A stretch of DNA of 64,000 bases, taken from NCBI GenBank assembly GCA_000165425.1, contig CT868208.1, forward strand, positions 248,001 through 312,000, in the 5' to 3' direction. Source of the DNA: Paramecium tetraurelia. Taxonomy: Eukaryota. The notes under the pieces are model-generated. The model searched no databases and was not told the DNA's origin. It saw only the letters and a list, made by a program, of their open reading frames with translations. This document shows, piece after piece, positions 53,719 to 64,000 of this stretch. How positions within the stretch are numbered: position 1 is the stretch's first letter; each line of letters starts with the position of its first letter. A program made the translations under genes and the position numbers.

Positions 53719-55553
53719 ATGGGAGCAACATGTTGCAAGTCAAATTTGCAAACTTAAGATGGTATTAATAATTATCGATTGGCTTTAATAGAACTTTCTG
53801 TTCAATCAGCAGCTTTCGGAGATAATGACTAGGGATCTTAAAAGAGGGTTGTTAAGTAAACAACTGCTAGCAAACGTTAAGCATATATTCCAGCACAGAC
53901 ATTCGGGTTAGGATTGAAACAAAAACTTATCCGATGATGGAAAGGAAGTGTATGAGGAACCAAAGAAGGTTTCGATGAAAGTCTCAAAGGAATTGGAATA
54001 ATTATTGGAGCGATAGAATTCTGACACCGATAGAAAGAAAATTCTCGAATAGCAATCAGGATAGAGTATAAATAACATGAGTTATCTTAGAAATGGATCA
54101 AAAGTTGCACATAAATGTTGATGTTTTTGTATAATTGAAGAAAGGTCAAATCTCAGATCATTACATCACTGGTAAGGTATTGGGAGAAGGTGCCTTCGGA
54201 AAAGTGTGGAAAGTGACACACAAGAAGACTAAATTAGATCGTGCCATGAAATAATTAAAGAAGACTTCTATATTGAAGGAAGACAAAGAAAAATTATTTT
54301 CGGAAATGAATATACTAAAGAATTTAGACCACCCACACATTGTAAAATTGTATGAATTATTCGAAGATGACAAGAATTACTATCTGGTAACCGAGTAAGT
54401 ACTAAATTCATTGAGGATAGGTATTGTTCTGGGGGAGAACTATTTGATCGAATCAAGAGCTTGAACTTCTTTAGCGAAAAGAAGGCTGCAGAACTAATGA
54501 GACAAATCCTCAGTGCTGTTTGGTATTGTCACAACCAGAAGATCGTACACCGAGATCTAAAACCAGAGAACCTACTCTTCGTATCCGATTCCCCTGATGC
54601 TGATCTTAAAGTAATCGACTTTGGAACTTCTAGAAAATTTGAAAATGGAAAGAGAATGACTAAGAGATTAGGCACTCCCTATTACATTGCACCTGAAGTC
54701 CTATTGGAGAATTACAATGAAAAATGCGATGTCTGGTCCTGTGGCATTATTCTGTACATTTTATTATGTGGATATCCTCCTTTCTCTGGTCGAAGAAAAT
54801 CTGAGATTCTCAAGAGAGTTAAAGCAGCTCAATTAAAATTTGACCATGAAGATTGGGCTCACATTAGTTAGGATGCTCAAAATCTTATCAAGAATATGCT
54901 CAATCCCAACCCAGCTAAACGTTTAAGTGCTGAAGAAGCCTACAATGACAAATGGATTTAAAATAATGCACCTTCCAATGTCATTAATTAAAGAGCACTA
55001 CAAAATCTATAGTAATTTCATGCCAAAAGCAAATTCAAATAGGCAGTTCTGACCTTTATGGCTACTCAAATCATTACTCAATAAGAATAGGATGAATTAA
55101 ATAAGACTTTTAAAGCTATTGATAAAAATGGAGATGGTAAATTATCAAGATAAGAGTTAATTGATGGTTATACTCAAGTTACTAATAATTAAGAATTAGC
55201 AATCATCTAAGTTGATCACATTATGGAGTTGGTTGATATCAATCGTTCAGGGGAAGTTGATTTCACTGGTAATACTATTCTCTATTTTTAGAATTTCTGA
55301 TTGCTGCTATGAATTAAGAAAAGTTTCTGTCAGTTCAAAAAATGGAATAGGCATTCAAAGTTATTGATTTGGATGGTGATAATTATATTTCCAAAGCAGA
55401 ATTACAAAATGTTATGGGTGATATTGATGATGAGGTATTTAAGTGTAATTTAACCAGATTTGGATACAAATTTTAAAGGAATGCGATAATGATAATGATG
55501 GCAAAATTTCATTAGAAGAATTCTCATCTTTGCTCCAATCTAAAGTTTTATGA
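53719..55553 (+). CDS. calcium-dependent protein kinase (CDPK)
   Basis: MGATCC acylation motif; GEGAFG, HRDLKPEN, DFG and GTPYYIAPE; junction region and EF-hands DKNGDG, DINRSG, DLDGDN and DNDNDG. TGA at 55551-55553. Confidence 0.95.
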
Positions 55554-55616
55554 TTTCATAGAGATTGCTTCATAATTATTTTTATTATATTATTATTATT
55601 GTTGTGAAATGCACTC

Positions 55617-55936
55617 TCATTTTCTTTTCCTGGGTTCAGGCACTGTTGGATTCAAATCTGCTAATTTTTGTTTTATATAAATATTCCTTAATTAATTTGC
55701 ATCCTCATAAGGTCCAGATCTCTCAGGGCATTCCAAAAAAAACCAAAGGATCTTTATTTTAATATCATTTATCCTTACATTCTCAACTTTACATACTCTC
55801 TTTGGTAAATCATCTTTCACACTCTTCTCCTTCAAACATGATACAAAGTTTTTTTCTAACCAATTGCATTCATTGCTAATATGGTAGGACACATATTTTA
55901 CACATCATTAAGTGGTGGGCGATATTTGACTTCCAT
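55617..55936 (-). CDS. small twin-Cys (CX9C) mitochondrial protein, COX6B-like
   Basis: MEVKYRPPLNDVNECNWLEKNFVSCLKEKSVKDDLPKRVCKVENILWFFLECPERSGPYEDANQLRNIYIKQK.., 88 aa with two introns. From memory it resembles the COX6B-like subunit of Tetrahymena complex IV. Confidence 0.6.
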
Positions 55937-56113
55937 AATATTTATATTAATATTAATTAAATTCAATTCATTAAATTTCTATTTCATTATTCTTTAGCAT
56001 TTAGTATCAATAGAAAAAGTAGTGTATTTTAGGTTGACACATTTGATAAAGAAGAGAAGAAACTAATTGATTATACAAAAAATATTAATGTCACATAAAT
56101 TTGAGATAAAATA

Positions 56114-56764
56114 TCAATCACATTTTTAACTATAATAATTTTCTGTTTGATTCCAATTGCTTTTTTAGATATCATTAGTATTGCTAATTTTAAGTAGAAT
56201 TTAGATTAAATCAAGCAAAAATTTCATTTATTATTCTTCTGATATGGTTTAATACTGTGGTACATGTATAAATATAGTTTGTGGATTCTGCTTTAATGAT
56301 TGATAATATAGATAATTGCAAAGGAATCGACCTGGATTGTACGATTTATTTACTTAATATCCTAATTGCTATAATTAGGATATAATTTAAGTAATATTTA
56401 AAGTGGATTTTATCTATTCATCCATATCTATTTCTTAATCTATTTTCACTCTTCTTATTTTGCACCCATTAAAATCACTTAATTCATAATCCAATTTATT
56501 GTAAGCACATATCTCTAATTGAAAATTTTGAAGTTCATTAAACAACCCAATATGAATATTTATAGCATTTTTATTATCAATTTGACTTAAATATTCATCA
56601 CATGCTTCTTTGGTAACTTTGAGAACTTGAATGGATTGTATATTCAATTCTTATTTTTATTATTGAGACAATTATTATATTAAAAGTGCACTTGGGTTCC
56701 TCTCTGTTTTTCCCCATTCACCAAAACCAGACAGATTAATGTGCTTGAAATTATTATTTTACAT
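56114..56764 (-). CDS. pyroglutamyl-peptidase I (peptidase C15)
   Basis: SGFGEWGKTERNPS, IHIG..FQLEICAYN, NPGRFLCNYLYYQSL and IFIHVP. The Glu/Cys/His triad is present. Intronless. Confidence 0.9.
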
Positions 56765-56885
56765 AAATATATAATTAAATAATAATAAACTTATTAATAT
56801 AGTAAGAGAATTTATATAATTGCTCTAAAAGAACAAAGGATTATTGGTAAACATTGATAGGTTATGTACTTAATTATAATTAATT

Positions 56886-58476
56886 TCATGCAGGTAATGC
56901 TATTTAATAATGTCCTGGGCATAATAACAAAAAGATTTTTTCTACCTTTACTCCTTCATTATTTTTAGGTAGATATTCCTTCCTTTCATAGCTAGAATTT
57001 TATAAATCTATGTAATACAGGATAATATGCCTAAGATTAGTTTAAAGAAAATGATTACAATTTAAAATGTTCAACAATTGTCCTTATCAACGTTTCATTA
57101 TTGTTACACTCCTATTCCCAAGTTAAGAGATCTTTCGTAATATTTAAATCTCCAAGCTCTTTAAACTCTTGACTATTATGAAAGATATGAGCAAAGTATC
57201 TTCTAAAAACTAAAATAGTGAGTAAGTAAAATAAATAATCTGGATCCCTCATTTATTTTAATAATTCTTCTTTTGTTTTTAATTGCTAAAATTACCAAAT
57301 AAATTCTTAAACTATTTTCTTATTCTCTTTAATTTCAATATTTTAATATTTTATTTTTGCAGAGAGTTGTTCAACCTCATTAATAAACTAATTTTTTCTC
57401 TGTTCATCTCTTAGAAGAATTGATAAATATTAATATAAGAAAGATGTATAAAAACAATTTCCATCTCCTCTAATGTTGATATGGCCAATAATTTCTTTCT
57501 TAAGTTATTTAATCTACTTTGAAAATTTGTTCTGGTTTCTTCCAAAATATTACTTTATTGTACCCTAAATATTCTCGACTTCACCAATAAAATATTTAAA
57601 TTAATTCCCAACTTATCTACCTTTATAGGATTTGTTAGCAATTTGGTTAAGCAAATCTACATCATCTTCTTTTAAGTATTAGTATCTTTCTATAAATTCA
57701 GGTACATTTACTACATTTTCTACATTTTAGTCACCAATTATTTCTTATTATTCCATTTAAGCAGGTTCTTCTTGTTACTATTGTTGATCCAATTTGTTCG
57801 AAGAAGAATCTTCTAATTAAACTTCTACATTAACTTTTACTATTTCCTCTTATTATTATTCTTAAACTTTTACTATTTCTTCTTATTGTTATTCTTAAAC
57901 CTCTACATTGACTTTTACTATTTCCTCTTATTATTATTCTTAAATTTCTTATTTCTATTGGTTTATACTATTTTATTATGATGTTTCCACTTATCGTTCT
58001 GCTTAATAATTTTCTTCTTTCACTTGATTCACCTAAGGAATAAATTGTTGTTTTAAGTCTATCTGTAAAATTTTAGATTCGTCATTATTCTCTTAAATAT
58101 GATTCTTATTTTAGTGATCCTAATTTTAGTCGGACTCATTTGTCTATTATTACTCTTATTATTTTGACTTACTATATTATGATTATTGTTTATCTTGGAA
58201 TTTTTTATTTAACAATTATTAATATTTCTAAGGCTTCTATTTTTAAATATCTTCCTCTACCAAAGTTCCCTTTTTTATCTCAGAATTAGTAATCTTTTTT
58301 TTGTTACTTTTAAGTCTATATAATCTATATAATATATTCAAAATAAATATTAGGACATCAATATGTTTCTAGAGAAAGAATTTTATTATTTTGAAGGGGA
58401 ATCCAAAAACCACCTCTAATATGCTTTTTTTCTGCCTCAATCTAATAGGATTTTAGTTTGAGGTTGTGTCTTTCAT
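56886..58476 (-). CDS. otubain-like deubiquitinase (peptidase C65) with a long Q/E-rich N-terminal extension
   Basis: IRGDGNCFYTSF (catalytic Cys) and LLCPGHYQIA (catalytic His). Stop at 56886-56888. Start codon inferred. Confidence 0.82.
57822..57942 (-). repeat. three coding repeats QEQQQEEIVKV(NVEV)
   Basis: 33/45-bp units such as acttttactatttcctcttattattattcttaa are repeated three times on the plus strand. Confidence 0.85.
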
Positions 58477-58971
58477 AGTGAATATTATATTAATTAATGA
58501 CGATATTTTTTTAATTACAAATATAAATAAATAGAATTACAATTATGTAATAAAAATTAATTGATGTAATATATGAGATTAATTTATAAATAGTTTGTAA
58601 TTTATTTTAAGTAATATATTTTAATATTTATAAAAATCTCAAATTAGATAATTTATTAATACCCTAAAGAATTCTATTTTAAAGTATCTCAATTCATTAG
58701 TAATTACAACATTTCAATTATTTAAATGAATATGTTAATTAAATATAATGTTTTTTACCTAATCACTTTTAAAGAAATTGGAATAGTTTTGCATTCACCT
58801 AGATACTACAATAATTCAAATATATTAAATATCATCATGATTTTGGTATTATTTAACTTCACATTCCATTAAAATAATCATAGTTTGTTACCGACTTTAT
58901 CGAATGTAACAAATAATCATATATAGGATGATTGGCAATATTTAAATAGTTTATAAATATCATTTGATATA

Positions 58972-59343
58972 TCAAATACCATGGACTTTAATGTTATCTT
59001 ATAACGCTATTCCTTCTTCCACTAAAAATTTGGCAATTTACTATCTATTATCTCCTGTCAATCTAATTGTGACTTAATCTCCATAGTCTTCATCTTTTGA
59101 AATAATACCACCAGTACAGTTAAATTGCTATATAACTAAGATATTAATAATACTTTCTTCCAAAATCTAATAATCTTATTTAAATCAAATTCATCTGGAA
59201 TACCAACAATAATCGTTTGTGTTTTTCTAGCGCTTCTCTTTTTTAAATGAATATCTAATATTAATTATATTCTTACGAATGACAAAGTTGAAGTTTACCA
59301 TTTCATCAAATTCATTCTAATTGTCAAATTGGTTGTCAGTCAT
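58972..59343 (-). CDS. SUI1: translation initiation factor eIF1 (SUI1)
   Basis: IHIHLKKRSARKTQTIIVGIPDEFDLNKIIRFWKKQFNCTGGI..IRLTGDNRQQIAKFLVEEGIALQDNIKVHGI. Two introns. Confidence 0.92.
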
Positions 59344-59681
59344 TCAATATAAATTTAAGCTAATTTATTTATTATACAATAAACTAATAATACTTCTCAA
59401 TAGAAATAAATATCACATTCATCAATTATAAGATTATAGATGATCAATTCTTGATTTTTATTGGCTATTACATTAAATAACTAAGGGAAAGTTCCTTGTC
59501 CTAATCACAACAGTTTGCCTTCTGCCATATTTAATTTAAATTTTTTAATAATTATTGGACTTCAACTAAGTAAAATGATATTGATATTGAATTTCTATAA
59601 ATTTGATCAACATAGATAGGATTTATCTTAAAGATCGATCCCTTGTTATATGATTACAAATGAAGAAATTTAAAATATATA

Positions 59682-60933
59682 TCAAATTTTTTTCTTTCCA
59701 CCAGATTTTTAAGTTTATTCATTCTTTTTATTGGCTTTTCCTTTTGCTTTGCTGTTGTTTGGATGAATTATTTTTGTAGTTTTACCAAAGAAATTCTCCA
59801 ATCTACTTTAGAAACCAGTAGTATCCTTTTTAGCAATCCTTTTAAGTCCATTATCGATTCTTGATTCTGCAAACCCTTTTTCTTCAACTAGGAACTTTTT
59901 AAGATTCTCAACATCTGGTTTGTTCCAAGTTAACTATGATTAAGGTAAATCAAAATTTTACTTAAATTTCTTCTCCCTTTTAAACTAATGGGGTTATAAA
60001 TAATTCTCGACTGTCTTAATACAGAAATTTTGTAGGTACTGTATATTTAGGATTTTATTTATTTTTTTCTCTTTCTGCATTGACTTTTTAAACATGCTCC
60101 AAAATTCCCTCTATGCTTTTGAACTCTTTTATTAACTTATAAGCTGTTCCAGGACCAATGCCTTCAATCTTTTCAGTATAATCGCATCCACACTAAAATA
60201 TTAATAAAACAACATTTACTAAAATGCATAGATCTACGAATTACTCGTATGTTATTTCTAACTCTTTCATCATATCATCATAAATTATTTCATAAATTGG
60301 TTCCTTCTTTGTATTGAACCCTCTTAATAACACTGGTGTTCTGAAAGTCAAAGCATCCATATCCTCAGTGGCTGTAGCATATATCTTTCCTGCTCTACAC
60401 AATTCAGCACATTAAGCTTCTGCTTCACAGGGTGCTATAATAACAGGACATCCCATTAATTTGAGCATTTTGATTGCATCTTCTTTCATGACACTAGATA
60501 TAGTGGTGGTCCTTTGATGTTGAAGCAAAGCCTATTGCATATCACCCTGTTCAAGAGCCAATTCAGTTTTGACTTAAGCCTCCTCTTTTAATTTCTTTCT
60601 TCTTGCCAACTCACCACTTTTTAATAAAGGTGGTTTTCCATCAAATACCCAAACAGGTTTAATTCCATTCTCAAGAAATTGCAATGTTCTATTAAATAAC
60701 CCAACCAGATGTCCAGTTCGGTTACCATCCTTATCTGTCAACTCTATAATTTGTGTTTATCCCGCAGATTGTGTTTAAATTAAAAACTAATACATAGCCA
60801 TAGATGCATCACAACCGATAGTTCTATATGTAAATGATTGTTATTACCTGCCTGCAAAATAGTCGAGCATCAAAGTCCTAAAACAATTGGGTGCTTTTTC
60901 TTTCAGAAATTGCATAAGTTAATGAATTCCCAT
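59682..60933 (-). CDS. FEN1: flap endonuclease 1
   Basis: [73 protein letters not shown] and the PIP box QSRLENFF. Confidence 0.97.
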
Positions 60934-61004
60934 ATTAATTAATTAATTAATAAAAGCGCCAAAGTTTAATGTGATTTTATATATATATATTTTTGGAATG
61001 ATCA

Positions 61005-61906
61005 TCATTTTTATGTGTCAACAAAGACATAATTCTTATTTAATTTTTCAATATCCTTCTCCAATTAGGCTAACTCCTTCTCACATTGCTCTTTCCTAAA
61101 AGGGAATATAGATTAATGAGTACTTTCTCTTCAATCCAACAGTATCAATCATCCTAATATGTGTAATTGATTAGTATTCTTTGTTAACTGATTCCCATTT
61201 CTTTTTTAATCCCTTTTTTAATTGTTCGACTTCTTCTTGAGTCATCAAATATTTTTGTTTATCCATTTCTTCAGCCTCACTTATGTGCATATTTCTAATA
61301 ATTTCATATTCACTTGAAATGCTTTATTATATTTTTGTAAGATAGTCAGGTACCTTACCAAAGTCCTTTTTCTCAGTCCATGGTTTCTCATCTACTATTT
61401 GCTTTGGAGCACTTAGAATATTTTCAACTGCATTCGTCACTATGTAATTTTTATTAGATTTAAGGCCATGAATAGGCTTTTCATCTTTTTTAGGTACTGG
61501 AGGTCTGACTGAAGGAGGATATTTATATTGTTTGACTATTTATAATTACAAAACATTACCTTCAGGCAGTTGGTTTGATCCCATTGTTCCAGTATTTTTC
61601 AATCTGAACATAGTAGAATCAGGTTTGTATGATCCTATAAAATTTCAAAGTGAAATTACCCTTAGGTCTTCCGAGAGAGTTCGACTATCCCTTATGAGAG
61701 TGTGGTCCCCTAACTAAATCAAATTCTCCGTTGATATTATTAACCTGAATAAATAATACAACTACTTTAGGTCGACTAGTTGTATGGTTATTGAATGTGC
61801 TGCCAGTTGGTGTCAATCCACTTGGATATGCCGATCTATACATCGGTTCTTTAGGAGGAGGTACATATTCCTTGGGAATCAAGTTATATATGCTTTCCTG
61901 TTACAT
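61005..61906 (-). CDS. ENKUR: enkurin (axonemal microtubule inner protein)
   Basis: MQQESIYNLIPKEYVPPPKEPMYRS, KNYIVTNAVENI, KDFGKVPDYL, LKKKWESVNKEYQ and C-terminal EKELAQLEKDIEKLNKNYVFVD. Confidence 0.9.
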
Positions 61907-61948
61907 AATTATAATATATTTAATAATAAAATACCATTATTATTTTAA

Positions 61949-63445
61949 TCATTATAGATTTACTTCAAATTTCTAAAGAAGAGGGTTATAGTAATCAATA
62001 TCTTCCTTTTCTCCAGTGTATTTGAGCATTTACTTCACTGAGCTTATGATTTCCTATTAATCTATTTACACATCTAAATCTTTATAAATTAATTCCAATA
62101 AGATAACATCGATCGACTCGATAACAATCAATCCCTTTCCCAACAAATCAAAATAGATTTTCTCTAATTGCTTTTCTTCAAAATTATCATACTCTTCTGG
62201 ATCAATCAAGGGAATCACTTCTACATATTCCATTCTGAGTTTTTTAAGACTCTCTAATTTTTCAACGCACTTGTCAAAAACTCTCTATTTGAAAGCGGCA
62301 TCAGTATTTCTCCTCAATAACTATTTGATAATCTAAACAGAAGTTTCATCAATTTCAAACTGTTTATTTTTATCCTTATGTTTTAATCCCTTTCTTTCAA
62401 GGATTGGGAATATGATGGATAATCCTCCTATTGAAATTAACTTCTAACAGTTCTCCTTATGATTATTAATAGCCAAAAGCATTAAACTATACGCTCTTAT
62501 AGATTAGGAGGTCTTTCCTTAAATAATCTTGATCATTAGTTGTAACCCTTCGTAACTTTGAAAGTATTCTTAATTTTCTTCTTAGATCAACAGTAATGTA
62601 AGTAAATCATATACATTATTTAATATTTCCTTCTCTTCTGCAGTTTCTGGATCCTTTTTTCTGTACTAATTCAAGACCATTAATAAACTTTCGATTCCTC
62701 CGCTTCTACCTATGATTTCCAAGTTTTCCTTTGTCTACTGAGTAAGTACCACCAATAGTTCAGAAGCGTAGAGTCTATTGTCATCCAAAGTTTGACTGTT
62801 GTCTTCCACTCTTTTCACCAGGTACTATATGATTTTGGATCGAAGACCGATCTCTTTGCTTATTGATGATTTGATATCCACCATATTTTCAATTACTTCA
62901 AAGCAATCATGCAATAAATTAACTTCCTCTTGAGATTTCTCTTCGTTCTTTACAATCAGTTCACCCAACGATTCAATCAAATAATTTCGAATGAGACAAT
63001 CGTATAATTGAATTATTATTTTAGGTTCAACTTCACTTTCAGGAGCGACCAATTCCTTCAAAAATTGAATGACATCGTTCGAAATAGACTCGTTATTGTG
63101 TAATAACAATTGGATCACTATTGGAAGAGCATTGCTGCTATAAAATATTGGATATAATTGGGGATATGCAGGTAAGATGAGAAGTTTTCTTAAATCCTCA
63201 TCTAAGTCAACTTCTGAATCGATGAACTTTTCAGGTTGGTTCGGATACCTCATTCTCTAATCAGAGTTCAGTTTGTAATTATTTTCCAATTGAAATATCA
63301 TTTCCCTCAATTGTCTTTCATCGAACAATTCAACATTCTATTCTCTGAATTACATGTCCTGTTATTCATCATTTCTATCATCATCGTATTCCATATCCTC
63401 CTCAATATCTTACTATTACAATTTGACTCTCTTTCTCGGGTCCAT
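61949..63445 (-). CDS. CTNNBL1: beta-catenin-like protein 1 (spliceosomal Prp19-complex associated)
   Basis: RMRYPNQPEKFIDSEVDLDE, AYPQLYP, LLLHNNESIS, DDNRLYASELL, YRKKDPETAEEKE and YEGLQLM. Confidence 0.93.
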
Positions 63446-63753
63446 AATTATATTAATTATTAAAAAGATAGAAGCAAAAATTATATAATTATCACTCAGA
63501 ATACCTCCTCAACAGATCATTAATTCTGTAATACAGAACATCATATTTGGCTATAAAATCATCATAAAAATTAAATAAATTAATGTAAAATTCTATTTAA
63601 TACCCCTTATTCATTTTCCCACAAATTATGGTATTCATTCACATAATAAATCCATTTTCATTACATAATATCATTAAATGACTGGAAAAGTACAGTACTC
63701 AACTAACCTTTGTAAAAGATTATTTAATTAGTTTTAAATTTTTATTTATAATA

Positions 63754-64000
63754 ATGGGCTCATGTAATCAATGCCTGTAGAAGCAAGAGCCACTCAAATC
63801 AGGAAGGATTTAAAACATATTTTTTAAGTAATCCCCATAAAACCATAGAATGGCAATCAAAATTTAATAAGCCTATAGATCTTACATTATCCGATCAAAA
63901 TTAAAGTACTTCAATATAGTTATTTATAGCTTAAAATAGGCAGAAAAAAAAGCAAGGAACCAGATTAAATGTAATTCAACTGAGGACATTATTGTTGAGT
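63754..64000 (+). CDS. 5' end of an N-myristoylated IQ-motif protein (partial)
   Basis: MGSCNQC.. followed by the IQ motif AIKIQQAYRSYIIRSKL. Runs off the window. Confidence 0.6.

Overview
This is AT-rich, gene-dense ciliate DNA, most likely Paramecium macronuclear sequence. TAA and TAG read as Gln, TGA is the only stop, and genes carry 20-30 nt GT..AG introns. The supplied standard-code ORF track is therefore mostly fragments and antisense shadows, so I re-read genes by hand in code 6. I find about 25 protein genes. They include a HUWE1/Tom1-like HECT ligase (5' part), a myristoylated and degenerate UDP-GlcNAc pyrophosphorylase-like protein, HTH, B-box and zf-4CXXC_R1 proteins, two probable extrusome cargo genes, BT1 and MFS transporters, PLGRKT, CDPK, a COX6B-like protein, pyroglutamyl peptidase, otubain, eIF1, FEN1, enkurin and CTNNBL1. 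The most striking element is a tandem pair of genes with the architecture receiver (REC) - NEK kinase - DEP - DUF547. This would be a candidate two-component-controlled NIMA kinase, and the pair shows signs of gene conversion. There is one assembly gap and several decayed-looking stretches. I saw no rRNA, tRNA, CRISPR array, telomere or intact transposon. All family assignments come from motif recognition by eye; no searches were run.
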